This document shows positions 30,136 through 41,581 of a stretch of DNA of 64,000 nucleotides, piece by piece. The DNA is from a virus (lineage: Duplodnaviria > Caudoviricetes). Position 1 is the stretch's first letter; the number at the start of each line of letters is the position of its first letter. A program made the translations under genes and the position numbers. The notes beneath the pieces are model-generated. The model saw only the letters and a program-made list of their open reading frames with translations. It searched no databases and was not told the origin of the DNA. The stretch is from IMG/VR virus record IMGVR_UViG_3300024259_001623; one strand, given 5' to 3'.

Positions 30136-31431
30136 TGTTGTTCCCTTTCTACTCGTAATGATTTAATCTTCAATATCAGGGAGATCGTGCTGGAACTCCT
30201 GATCCAAGAAAAGGTCAAAAGAATCATAAGAATCTGGCTCCTCCCAAAAGTAGGGGCATCCATCGCAAGTCGGACGGTCACAAGTCATACAAGCATCGTT
30301 TTCGCCATGAGCCATTTTCTTACCCTTTATGTTGGTTGTTGATTGCCTACAGAAGAGGGTTTATTCCCGCTTTAATCAGGGAAAGATCAGTGATAGCATC
30401 GTTAAGATACTCATATTCGATATAGTCGCCGTCTGGAGCGTGTCGTTTGCTGCTCAGACGGAACATCTTACCGCAACGCTCGAAAGTATAGCCTTGCTTC
30501 CTGGCTCGCTTAGAGAGCCTCTTAAAATCATTGTCCACTTTCATCTTCCTTAGTTGTTTCCGATTTGACTATGCTTCTATAGGCATCTATTTGCCCTTTA
30601 ACGTATCCCTTTTGTTCTGCTAAAATCAGGGAACCATTCTCTTTTTCGCATTTATCATATCCTTCATGCCAGGCGATATTTGTAAAGCATCCAAACGCTC
30701 CAGCAGTAACCATAAGAAAAATAACGAAAAACACAAGTCCCCAACCGTCATCAGACGGAGCAGATACGCATGTCATGGATAACAATACCAGAAGCAACGC
30801 CAAAATGATGAAGAAAATTCCTAGCCCTAACATGGTAAATCCTTTCTATTTTCAGGGAGTTTTTAATCCGTCAGTATCTCTTTCTTTTTTTCGATACCTT
30901 CTCTATATCGTTCAATACGCCTAAACTCTATTTTCGAAACTTCTCCATCGTTCAAAGCATCTTCGATTTTTTCTTTGAGTTCAGGGAATTCTGCTTGCCA
31001 TTCTTTCAGAGAATCGTATTGAGACTCGGAAATTTCTTGACCATCCAAAACTGCGCCAACAAGAAGCAACGTGACCAAAGTTACGACAACAAGTGCGCAA
31101 CTCATTGCAAATTCTTCCATTTTATTATTCCTTCTTTTCCCAAGCATCATTGTTAGAGGATTCTTTTTGTTCGTAATAAATCTCGCCATTGAGTGCATCA
31201 ACTTGGCCAGACTTATAACCATTTTCCCATACATGAGTTGTGAGCATTAAGATGGGGGTCACAAAGCACAATACTGCAAACAGGAATGGGACTAATGCCA
31301 GTCCATTCGGCTCTTTTTCATCAAAGAGAATGCAACTCCCGACTGCAAACAGCATACAGCCAAAAAGAAACATGATTGAGTAAACAACAACTGCTATCGT
31401 GAACATTATTTTTCCTTTCAATGTTACGTAA

Positions 31432-31573
31432 TACCCCTGGCAGGACTCGAACCCGAAACTCCACCATCATACATTTTCTTTATTGGAAGGCAGGGAGGTC
31501 CAGTCTCTAGCTTCCCATAATCATTATGTATTCTGGACATACGGTGTTGTTTTGCCAATTAAACTACAGGGGC
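31432..31573 (-). ncRNA. tRNA-like RNA with an insertion of about 69 nt in the anticodon arm
   Basis: Acceptor GCCCCTG/CAGGGGT, D arm GTTT/AAAC, T loop TTCGAGT, stem CACCGT/ATGGTG enclosing a structured insert. Confidence 0.75.
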
Positions 31574-32932
31574 GTGTGCTGTCCCATATACCGGCCCTAT
31601 CTCAATCTATTTTCTTTTACTCAGGGACAGCTATGAATAAAAGATCTTACTGAGACAGGGGAGAGTTTCCATTTTGGCCCAGGATTTTCAAACGATACTC
31701 TCCAAACGTATCCTTATCGGGCTGTCCTTAACGCATTATACTAGCTCCTTTCATTATTAGTAGCTTATATTATTGCTCTTACGTTAAGTATTAATTTCGT
31801 GTGTTGTTTCAGGGAGAACTACTTAATCAGGTATAGATTTTCTCACCTTTATCCCAAAGATTCCCCTTGGCTTCTGATTTAATTGCAATAGCTTTAATCC
31901 ATTGTTGACGATGCTCTTCGCCGGAGAAAATCGATGGCATAGATTGTTTATCGCTAATCCGGATTATAGTAGCATGACGACCAATAGACAATGACTCAGT
32001 TTTTACCCTAAACCCACAAGATTTTAGTTCTTTACGAAAATCTTTAAGTTCCATTGTTAGTCCCCTTCATCTCTAATCGATTTCGTGTATTATCTCAGGG
32101 AGAACTACTTACCGCAATTGAAGCAAGCCTCTTGTCCCATTTCTTCGCTGTAGTAGCCTTCCTCTGGCAGCGGCTTAATCCACTCTACCATGCCCATCCT
32201 CAGAAACTTAGGGATTTCTTTGGTGATACCATTAGCTGAGTTGGGAGCTTGGATGATAGCTCCGCAAGTCTCGCATTTCGTGGTGTTGAAGAATGCGACC
32301 CTCTTGTCGTTGATTCTCTTGAAATACTTATACATGTTGAGGCTCCTTGGTTAAGTTACCTCTATGGATTTGTTGGTTGTGTTTCAGGGACTTTATCTGT
32401 TCGCATCCCAGGCAGAATAGAGATGGATAATCCACCCCATTAAAACACACCAAAGAGCTACTGCCACAACAAAATGACAAATCGCTTTAATTGGATGCCC
32501 AGCCAATAATTGACCTAAACCAGGGATAATAAATGAAAGAATAGCGGGGAGACACCCCCCATGTTTTTGATCTTTACCCGAATTATTAATATAAATATCG
32601 CCCAATTGCATTTCTCCTTAGTTAAGTGATTTTTTAAAATACCTCGTTTCGTTCGTCCCATTGCATACAGAAAATAGTAATTTTTAAGCGACTGGTATTC
32701 TATATATCCAATCCCCACCAGTCCAAAAGTTCAGAAGCTCAAGAGCATCTGCCCGATTCCTACAATAAACAAAATTCATGCCGCTTTTATCTGTCGGAAT
32801 ATATCTCCATTTATAATCGAAACGTATCAGACCTAAGTGTTCTGCGGCGATTCGATTTCTTGTGTAGGATATTTGGTGTTCTGTTAGCATACTCTTACCA
32901 ATCTTTTCTACATTTTCAGGGGGAAATTTTAA

Positions 32933-33018
32933 TAGCACTGGTGGGAGTCGAACCCACACGGAGAATAAACTCCACGGATTTTAAATCCGTTGCCTCTTGC
33001 CAGTTGGGCTACAGTGCC
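32933..33018 (-). tRNA. tRNA-Leu (TAA)
   Basis: Stem ACGGA/TCCGT, loop TTTAAAA, long variable arm. Confidence 0.92.
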
Positions 33019-33060
33019 TTACTTCACAGCGTCTGCCATGCCGCCAAGCCGGCTTGATCG

Positions 33061-33696
33061 TTACAAGTTTACAATATCATCTACCTTTTCAGGGGCTTTG
33101 GTTTTTACAACCGTTCTCGCAGGTGGATTGGTTCTGACAAACCTGTGTGGCTTTGCTAACAAAGCATGAAGCTGCTCTAATGGAGTAGTGGGCTGTTTCT
33201 CAGGGATAGGCATTTGCATTGCTCTGTCAATCTCTCTCTGATTGTTGTTTACCCAAACAATCCGAGTTCCGCAACCACGGTGAACGTGACGATGCATATT
33301 CTGACTACGCCGGTGGCGATGTCCCACAACTTTCTTGCATCGCGGACAAACAGCGGCGATCTTACCTTCTGGCATTTTGGCCTTGAAGTCTAGGCGATGT
33401 GGGGTACATCCAATCTCCATCGCTTTGAGTTTCCAGACTCTATCATGCCCGTGACTATAACCGACCAAAGCATGAGCGATTTCATGCAATATGGTTTCCC
33501 TTACTTCTTCTTCTCCGTTAAGAGAAATCAGATAGCGTGACAGGGAGATATGGCTAACTTCCGGTATGCCACCTTTGCCGTATTTCCAATGGCATGTTCC
33601 TAACGTCTTTTTGCCTCTTGAGATTTTGAGCGGGCAAGTGATACCATGCTTTGCCATCAGTTTTGCCGCAATGATCTGAGCCTTGTAGATTTCCAT
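33061..33696 (-). CDS. SprT-like zinc metalloprotease
   Basis: TILHEIAHAL...HDRVWK and a downstream CPRC. Confidence 0.85.
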   Translation of the reverse strand: MEIYKAQIIAAKLMAKHGITCPLKISRGKKTLGTCHWKYGKGGIPEVSHISLSRYLISLNGEEEVRETILHEIAHALVGYSHGHDRVWKLKAMEIGCTPHRLDFKAKMPEGKIAAVCPRCKKVVGHRHRRSQNMHRHVHRGCGTRIVWVNNNQREIDRAMQMPIPEKQPTTPLEQLHALLAKPHRFVRTNPPARTVVKTKAPEKVDDIVNL

Positions 33697-33776
33697 TGTT
33701 ATCCCTTTCAGTTAGACATAACAAATAGCAGATAGAAAAACAGGGAGAAGTGAATAACAGACCTTACAAGACTGGC

Positions 33777-33807
33777 GGGGGAAGGGCTTTTCGTACGCCC
33801 TTCCCCC
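33777..33807 (-). terminator. Hairpin terminator
   Basis: GGGGAAGGGC/GCCCTTCCCC stem after the 33830-34168 gene. Confidence 0.65.
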
Positions 33808-33829
33808 TAAACTCTTGCCGTTTGGGACG

Positions 33830-34168
33830 TTACAGCGTAACGCCCAAAGCCTCCTGCTGTTCGGGCGACAGCAACGCCAAGGCATCCTTGCGAGCCTGTT
33901 CCTTGGCAGCGTAAGCCTCGCGGCCGGCCTTGAAGTCCTCGACCGTGACGATAACGACCGCCTGGTTGGCCTTGATGATCGTCTGGACGCCATCCTCGGC
34001 CTCGCCCTCCAGAATGCCCTTAATCGTCTCGGCATCGCCCTTGGTAGCGACCGTGACAACATGCTTGCCAGGCCCCTTCTTGCCGTTACGCTGGCGAACG
34101 TCATAAGAAGCCGCCTCATTCGTCGCCTCAACCGCCTCAACCGCATCCGTCGTGTTCGCATCCGTCAT
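33830..34168 (-). CDS. Hypothetical protein (GC-rich, biased codon usage)
   Basis: 112-aa ORF with an RBS and a downstream hairpin. Confidence 0.75.
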   Translation of the reverse strand: MTDANTTDAVEAVEATNEAASYDVRQRNGKKGPGKHVVTVATKGDAETIKGILEGEAEDGVQTIIKANQAVVIVTVEDFKAGREAYAAKEQARKDALALLSPEQQEALGVTL

Positions 34169-34659
34169 GATTACATCCTTTCAAGTTTGTGGTCGGCCCT
34201 GTTGCCGCCATCATTACCCATTTTTGGGTTATTTATCAGGGAAACTATTTCCCATGATCTCATTTGCAAAAAAATCTTTCAAGGCTCTCAGGACTTTCGA
34301 CAGCCGATGCTCTAGTCCGTTCAAGAACAAAACCCATTTGACAGACATAATAAAATCAATCAACTCAACAGGGGTCAGACTCAACAGCCTAGCCTTTACG
34401 TCAACAGCCAAGTCTTGAGAAATCTCGTAATCGCTCGGTATACTGCGATATTTACTAGACTTCGGAGGCTTTGTCTCAAGAGCAAACAAAACTGTTTCAA
34501 CAAACGTCCTCATATCTTTGTTGTCGCTCATGTTGTTGTCCTTTCCTCGTCTGCCTTACTTAAAAGACAATCGTTTATCAGGGATAACATAGAGTATATT
34601 TTTCTCCCCTGAAGAAACGTAGAAAATGCTTAACAGATTTGTACAAAAAAAGAGACTTT

Positions 34660-35085
34660 TCAGCCTCTCAAATCTTTCCTTAATTCCATAAGAGCTTTAC
34701 CTAGCATGTTTTCGCCTTCGCCAGTAACCAAATCAATACCCCAAAACTTATCGCCCCAAGTATTGCCTTCTTCTAACTCTGCATCGCCAGTAAAAAGTAA
34801 TTGTTGCTTTAGGCTAGGATCAGAGAACTTCATACGTAAAGCTAAACACATTACATCTAGCTTGATGAATTCCCAATCATCTCTCATCTTTATCTGTCTA
34901 CCGATTTTCTTGGCTTTGCCAGGGGTTTCGGCTTCCATGACAGCATCATGGTCTTCTTCATCAGTAGCTTTAACAGCCTGATAGAAATGTTCTACTGACG
35001 GATATTCTTTTCCGCAAAAAGTAATTTTCGACGGAAAGAAATTCGACAAGAAGAATGTTGATTTATTGAATTCTTTAATATCCAT
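34660..35085 (-). CDS. NADAR (YbiA/DUF1768) family protein
   Basis: FLSNFF...YPSVEHFYQAVK...RDDWE...KF...LEEGNTWGDKFWG...GENMLGKALMELR. Confidence 0.9.
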   Translation of the reverse strand: MDIKEFNKSTFFLSNFFPSKITFCGKEYPSVEHFYQAVKATDEEDHDAVMEAETPGKAKKIGRQIKMRDDWEFIKLDVMCLALRMKFSDPSLKQQLLFTGDAELEEGNTWGDKFWGIDLVTGEGENMLGKALMELRKDLRG

Positions 35086-36552
35086 TTTATTTTCCAGGCA
35101 TATGACAAGTTGCTATCATTGCGAAAAGGCCCAACCAAATACCTATTGGACCAGCAAAGTAGATAGCAAGCGGAATAGTAGCCCATATACCACAAATTGC
35201 GATACCTTTTCCAATAGACATTATATCAGCCTTTCTTACCACTCTTTCAAGAACTTCGGTTGTCTGCGTCAGTGCAAACTATAGCAATAGTAGCCACAGC
35301 AGCAGGGACGAAAGCCCAGACTCCAATAGTTCCAGCCATTGAACATATCGTAACAGCAGCAGCCCACATGGAGCCTATCATAATCATACTTCGGAATCTC
35401 ATTGTATCAACCTTTCTACAATAGTGCAAGAGAAAACAGAAATATATACTTAATCATTCTGATTTTGTGTTTCATGTTTTACTTCTTTATTGTTTGCATC
35501 ACCCCAAAAGGGTAGTAACATAAGCTGTCTTGCCTATATTACTACCCTTTTGATACTGTAGATCAGGGACTACCTTGCGGAGGACGCAGCAGCAATGGCT
35601 CCAGAGATGGCGGCGCCGATCCAAAAGACGACTGCTCCAGCGACGTTAGCGAAAACGATCCTAACGACGCCCCAAGCGACACCCCAAGACTCGACCGGCT
35701 CGCATTTGGCCGCTTCGATGATGCCGACGATACCCAAAACCCAACCTTGGTAGATACAAACATACAGACCGCCGCCAATCGCCGCCAAGAACAACGCGAT
35801 TGCAAACATAATTCCAATGACCTTCATCTTCTTACCCTTTCTAATTATGGGGAAAATTCCCCCTGTTAAATTTTAACGTGCTTCCATTCTAGCTTAGGTT
35901 CCGTATCCCAAACGACATCATGGTTTTTCGCAACTCCGAGAGCCAAATTGAAAGGCCCGCTGTAGACGAAATTGCCATCGACAGCCAAGTCAAACCTACC
36001 AGATTTCTTGTTCTGGGACAGGGAAGCCTCGACTTGCCCCTTAGACTGGTCAATATGACCCTTGACAGGCTCGCAATGCGAAACCCTCTTGACATTTTTC
36101 AACTTCTGAGAATACGCCATTTTGTGTTTCCTTTCTTATGGTTTACTCATTTCCCAAAAAGATTACTTATCTTCAGGGACGCTTTTTTGGTCGGCCTTAT
36201 CTTCTACTTTTTTTTGTTCTTCCGCTCTTGGGAAGGCATAATCAGCAAAAAACAGGAACGTGAATGTCATAACCCACCATTCCCAAGACACAAGCGAAGA
36301 CTGAAGGCCAGTGCAGATCTCCAACACAATAGAAAAAACCCATATACAAACCACTTGTTGGAAAAAATTGCTAGTAAAAACTCTCTTCAAGCCTCTACCG
36401 ACCTTAGCGAAAAACTTCTTAATATAAATCCAACCTGTCCAATCTCTTAATCCAAACTCAGTCCATAATATATATATTCCCACGATTATGATACCGATAA
36501 TAATTCCGTACATTTTGTTATCCTTTCGTGTTGCCTTTAACAAAACTCTATT

Positions 36553-37104
36553 TTAGGACAGGGAGAGAATACGATCTTCCAATTCCTTAATCCTATCTTT
36601 CAGTTTCCTAATGAATAAATGATGAGTAGTATTTGTACATACTGCAAGATTCTCTATTCGATTATCATCTTTGATTCCATTTAGATGATGAATTATTTCG
36701 ATTTTTTTTAGTTTACGGCCTAAATGTTTTTCAATAATCCATCTATGCTGTAAAACAGTTTTTCCTCTTACAGTTGTAGAAAGATATCCTTTTCGATTAT
36801 GTTTCCATTCTCTTTCTTCTAATGGAACAATCTTTTTTTGTTTTCCTCTAGAGTGGTCATAACCGCATTTTTTAGAGCAAAATTTGCATTCACTATTATG
36901 TTTCTTAGCTTTTTCTATCTCAGACGGACTACGATAAAAAGTATTTCCACATTCCTTACATACAAAATTTATACCACTTTTGGGTCTTCCTAAGTCTTTG
37001 ATATACTCAGGGTTACCGTATTTCTTCCATTTTTGATAATGTTTAGTGCAATATCCTTTACAAAAACTTTTCCTATCACACTCTTTAACTTCACATATTT
37101 TCAT
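36553..37104 (-). CDS. HNH homing endonuclease with N-terminal Zn fingers
   Basis: QHRWIIE...IIHHLNGIKDDNRIENL. Confidence 0.85.
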   Translation of the reverse strand: MKICEVKECDRKSFCKGYCTKHYQKWKKYGNPEYIKDLGRPKSGINFVCKECGNTFYRSPSEIEKAKKHNSECKFCSKKCGYDHSRGKQKKIVPLEEREWKHNRKGYLSTTVRGKTVLQHRWIIEKHLGRKLKKIEIIHHLNGIKDDNRIENLAVCTNTTHHLFIRKLKDRIKELEDRILSLS

Positions 37105-37164
37105 ATTTATCTCCTTTCTAAGAAACTTGTTCCGAGAAAAGAGATAAATATCCTTTAATTATTT

Positions 37165-37833
37165 TTAAGACGATACAGTTTTTTCATGTTCAATCCTAAA
37201 AATTTTGTACCACTTCGTGACATTTCCAATCCAGTTACCATTTAGCCTACGTTCAGCGGCTGATAAATTACCAGTTGTGGGGCAATACCGATTACCTAAG
37301 AAGGTAATGAAATTCAGGCTTTTGTCAGAATTCAACCATCTTTGATAATTCTTGACTACAGTAGCAGCAGCCCAGCCAGCTTGAGTATCCAAATTGGTAT
37401 TGATTGCTCTTGGATGTAAAACTCCGAACTCTAAGCCAGGCCGTCCATTTTCGGCTTTACGAATAGCCAAAAGAATTAAAAACAAATCTCCACCGCATTT
37501 GTTACGATTCGCAGCGACGACAATAGTTTTCAACTCATTTTGACCAAAACGCTTAGGATTGACGTACCTAGGGTAATTGTCAATCTTTGGGTTATTATCT
37601 ATTGGTTGCTGTTTAGATGCATAACGGATAGGAGGCTTAGGCTTAGGAGGATACAAAGCTCCCGTTCCGTATGTATCTTCTACATATTGATTTGCTGAGG
37701 CTTCTTCAGGGGTAATATTTTCTTCTCCATCGCCCAAAGTAGAGATCAACATAAAAACGATAAGAGTTAAAGTCAAGCATACAATAAAGATACCAACGTT
37801 TTTAGCTTCTTCGAGCAAGTGAGCCATTTTCAT
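37165..37833 (-). CDS. Membrane-anchored lysozyme/transglycosylase-like protein
   Basis: N-terminal TM helix; ILLAIRKAENG resembles an SLT-type catalytic helix. Confidence 0.4.
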   Translation of the reverse strand: MKMAHLLEEAKNVGIFIVCLTLTLIVFMLISTLGDGEENITPEEASANQYVEDTYGTGALYPPKPKPPIRYASKQQPIDNNPKIDNYPRYVNPKRFGQNELKTIVVAANRNKCGGDLFLILLAIRKAENGRPGLEFGVLHPRAINTNLDTQAGWAAATVVKNYQRWLNSDKSLNFITFLGNRYCPTTGNLSAAERRLNGNWIGNVTKWYKIFRIEHEKTVSS

Positions 37834-38128
37834 TTCCTTTCAGAGCGTGAGCTAATATGTTAGGATTAGCTAACATATATTTACCGAGCCTACAAGGCGT
37901 TTCGGCAGACTTCTCCATTTGTCCATGCGAAAAACAGGGAGTTTCATCGTACCAATCTTTATCATGGATTGAACAAGAGAATTGATCCCCATCTTTTTGT
38001 AGATGTTTACATGGTTGACCTTGACCATTATGGTGGATAATATTATCTTGTGCTATACCTTTGCTAGGATCATCAACGATCATAACAGACATTCGGTGAC
38101 AACAATATCCACATCGTAAGCAGATCAT
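37802..38128 (-). CDS. YkgJ-like CxxCxxCC Cys-cluster protein
   Basis: CLRCGYCC...PCKHL...CSIH...PC. Confidence 0.7.
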   Translation of the reverse strand: MICLRCGYCCHRMSVMIVDDPSKGIAQDNIIHHNGQGQPCKHLQKDGDQFSCSIHDKDWYDETPCFSHGQMEKSAETPCRLGKYMLANPNILAHALKGNENGSLARRS

Positions 38129-38642
38129 ATTAGTCTTCTATTGAAACAACAATCGTACCAACGAAAGCAATTGCAAACGCAATCACTCCCATATGGGCAA
38201 GAAAAATGCTACCAACCGCCGCTCCGACCCACATCGAAACAATTGCAATCGCCTTATCTCTGGATTTCATTGTTATTTACCTTTTTGTTGGATTCACCAG
38301 TGCATCCCATTCTTTATCAGTGATATTATCAGGGATAGGACCGCCAGGGACATTGTACCAAGGAACTTCGTCGCTGTTCGTTTCGTCAAACCATTCTGTA
38401 CTGATTCCGAAAGCTACGCTTCCATCAGGGAATTGGACATTAACAAGAGTTTTATCTTCTACAAACCCTTTCCCTGCCTGAAAACGTTCAGGATGGCCGA
38501 TAACATCGAAATCTAGCTTAGAGCCAGCCCGAATTATTTCGGTGGAACCCTCAACATCGTCAAGAGCCTCATCATAGCTACTGATGACTTCAATTTCGCA
38601 GTCTGTGTTGAATTTGACTTTCATGATTTTCTCCAATTTTTA

Positions 38643-38893
38643 ATGGGCGGGCTGGGAATCGAACCCCGCGACCTTCTTCCGAAAGCATTACGATATTGCC
38701 TTGTCTTACAGGGAATTAAACCCTGGTCTCCTGGCCTAATGCCAGGTATCTTCCATGCAATCTGATACCCTTGGTAAGTCGATCAAACTTTGGTAGAGTA
38801 GTGTTGCACAGTTAGCCACTCATTAGACGATCAGACGCAATAATCTCCTAGGACTACTTTCCGGATGCTGTTATGCCAAATAACTTCCGCCCA
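38643..38893 (-). ncRNA. 251-nt tRNA-like RNA with an insertion of about 170-180 nt
   Basis: Acceptor TGGGCGG/CCGCCCA, D arm GTTAT/ATAAC, stem AGCAT/ATGCT, T loop TTCGATT; starts 6 nt after tRNA-Lys. Confidence 0.7.
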
Positions 38894-38899
38894 GAAAAA

Positions 38900-38972
38900 T
38901 ACGCCCACCAGGACTCGAACCTGGAACCGCCACATTAAAAGTGTGATGCTCTGCCAATTGAGCTATAGGCGC
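38900..38972 (-). tRNA. tRNA-Lys (TTT)
   Basis: Loop CTTTTAA, canonical cloverleaf. Confidence 0.93.
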
Positions 38973-40206
38973 ATAAAGAACAAGAGGGCTTATCTTCCAG
39001 CCAGGATTACAACGTCAGTCAATCTAGCTCTTGTTCTCATTAGGAATTCAACATCAAACTACAGGGATTACCAAGTAGACGGAATAGAGTTGGAAGACGC
39101 ATATGCCTTCTTATACTCAGCCGGCAACTCATCCCAAGGAACGATCTTATGCGTTTGCGTTTGTTCATCGTAATACTTGTACGTCTTTTCAGGGGTCTTT
39201 TTCTCATCTTCATACGAAACGGTGGGTATATTGATAGCTACCATTCCAGCAGGGGCCTCTTGTCCCATCGGACTATTCGGTTCCCTACGAGCAATGATAT
39301 TGGCAGTTTCGCCAAGGCCCATTGAATGAGTCACAGGAGCCTTCATAACCTCTAGGGTTGTAGAAGACGTAAAGGTGAGCCAGGCCCCTTTGCCTGTTTC
39401 AAGATGCGTACCGGCACAACCACCAAGAGCAATAGAGAACAAAACCATAGTGAGCATTGCAGAGCGTTTCATCGTTTTTCTCCTTCTATGAGCGATTGAC
39501 TCATGAGCATTTTACGAGTTATTGCAGGGATATGATCAGCAGTCGCCTTTGTGTAGGTCCAATTTGGCCTTACGACGTTTTTTTCTGTTGGAAGGCTTTC
39601 CGCCCCAGGAATTGGAACGAAGTCGTCCTGACGCCCTTACAACGTCTAATTCGGCCTCTCTGGCCGCTCGACGCAGGGACTTGACCAATTTCTGCTGTTC
39701 CGTAAGTTTCTTTTTCTTAGCCATAATAATCCTTCTTTCGTTTTACTATGACAATTTCCTTCATTTTATCAGGGAAGATATACCTGATCTGAATAGCACC
39801 AATGCCCATTAGCCAATATAAAAACCACCTTATTGGCCCTAATGTCATCTTCATCTACTTCATCAACATTAGTGCCGCACTTTGTACGAGGATAATCGGT
39901 GATCTGCATTTGTTCTATCTCAGTTCTACCGAAACGAGTATGGATTTCGTCGCCGATTTTAATCATTTTGTTATCCCAAGGCTATTTGAGGATCATACCA
40001 ATACGCAGTAAATTCCTTTGCCTTCATGTGTCTGGCCCATAAAGGCTTTTGCCAAACAAACGAAGGTATCCATTCTTCATCTTTTTGACAATAGCTGGCA
40101 GGGACATTCTTGCAATAATGATCCTTATCAATCAAGAAATAACGCCGATCAAGAAGAAAACATCGGCCAGTTTGATTATGTCTAATAACAACATAAACAT
40201 TCGACA

Positions 40207-40860
40207 TCATTTTTCTCCTTCGAAGCTTATCTCGCTTAACCGATATCTTAAACCGCCTTCACCATGTATCTCAATAGACTCGTTTTTCTCCAGAACCTTG
40301 ACTGAGGGTATATCGGCCCCGGCCAAAGTAATATGTTCGACTATGAATCTACTCCAACTATTCATAACGATATCTCCCACACGAATTTCTTTTCTTTTTG
40401 CAGGGAGACAGAATTTGACGTAAAGTTCTAAATTGTGATCGTGTCTGAGGACTTCTTTTACTCTTTGTTCTGTTTTTCCCCCAGGAGAATATAAGAAAAC
40501 CCCTACGCAAGAATAATTATAGCCGCCCCCGAATTCTTCATCAATCATATCGATTGTGGCTTTTATAGTAGCCCCAGAACAAACAAAATCATCAATGATG
40601 ATATATTCGCATTGGTCTTTTTCGCAACCTTCTACCATAGAACTACTATGAGAGTTTTCGCAATCTTTTCTCACAAGAATCAAAGGTTTGCCAAGTTTAG
40701 CTGCTACGGCAGGAGCTACTACTGCTCCACTCATTCCCCTAAAGGCGATAGCATCAAACTTTTTTCTTGACTTTTTGATAACTCTGATAACATCATCAAT
40801 AACCGTTGACAAGATCTTACCAGACAGTTGTGCCCCCATATATTCGCTACGAATTGACAT
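40207..40860 (-). CDS. Type I phosphoribosyltransferase domain protein
   Basis: PRPP-binding loop IIIDDFVCSGATI. Confidence 0.8.
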   Translation of the reverse strand: MSIRSEYMGAQLSGKILSTVIDDVIRVIKKSRKKFDAIAFRGMSGAVVAPAVAAKLGKPLILVRKDCENSHSSSMVEGCEKDQCEYIIIDDFVCSGATIKATIDMIDEEFGGGYNYSCVGVFLYSPGGKTEQRVKEVLRHDHNLELYVKFCLPAKRKEIRVGDIVMNSWSRFIVEHITLAGADIPSVKVLEKNESIEIHGEGGLRYRLSEISFEGEK

Positions 40861-40901
40861 ATTTTCCCTTTCAGTTGCTCTTTTTGATTTTGTGCTTAAT
40901 T

Positions 40902-41552
40902 TCAGGGAATCTTAAAATATGAGTCTGCCAACTCTTCTCTTGCTTTGTCGCAATTGTTATCATGTCTTTGAGAACATTTATCAGCCTCAAAATATTTCCA
41001 AATTACATGGATAGGCTCGAAAACCTTTCTTTCGACTAAACAAGTAGTAGCATAGCGATTATAACTATGATTGACAGTCATGAATTCAATCTTATCAAAG
41101 CCTCTCCAATCGCCAACTCCATTAGCAGTCCAACCAGTTGTAATAACAATTCCCCCATTTCTTACTAATCTAGGAAGAATCTGCTTGCATCTGACTATGG
41201 TATCTTGGAGTCTTGTACCTTTTTCCTTGACTTTATAAGCTTTGGCGTTTTGAGAAGCTGAGAAAGGTGGATCGAATATAACAACATCGGCCCTTACCCC
41301 TTGTTGATACAGAAACTCTAAGAAATCGGCAGCATCCATATGAAAAGCCGCATCTGTATCTCGGCTGATATCATTGGTGAAATTTGCCAATGTAGCATTT
41401 CTTGCGAAAGGATCTACAATAGTGGCATGAGGATTTGCGGAGATAGCTTCTGCGATATACCTACGCAGTAGTTCCCCAATAGGTTTGATCTTATGGACTT
41501 CTTTATTAGCAGGAGCCATATGATAACTTGTTGTAGGTATCTTAATTCGCAT
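40902..41552 (-). CDS. Putative adenine DNA methyltransferase
   Basis: IVDPFA and VIFDPPFS motifs. Confidence 0.65.
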   Translation of the reverse strand: MRIKIPTTSYHMAPANKEVHKIKPIGELLRRYIAEAISANPHATIVDPFARNATLANFTNDISRDTDAAFHMDAADFLEFLYQQGVRADVVIFDPPFSASQNAKAYKVKEKGTRLQDTIVRCKQILPRLVRNGGIVITTGWTANGVGDWRGFDKIEFMTVNHSYNRYATTCLVERKVFEPIHVIWKYFEADKCSQRHDNNCDKAREELADSYFKIP

Positions 41553-41581
41553 AGATTAGTCCCTTTCTCTACGCTGTATCA

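Noticed and set aside
18370-30200. Classical integron cassette array
   Set aside because: No attC-type GTTRRRY inverted repeats and no tyrosine integrase in the window; only direct leader similarity.
22769-36450. Long plus-strand ORFs (22769-23446, 25901-26572, 26641-27174, 28049-28627, 33815-34315, 35920-36450)
   Set aside because: They are antisense to minus-strand genes that have an RBS, upstream motifs and recognisable domains, and they show no protein motifs of their own.
38643-38893. Standard tmRNA or a group I intron-containing tRNA
   Set aside because: No G3-U70, too short, no convincing tag ORF. The P7-like TAGTCC is in the wrong position and the other group I core elements were not found.
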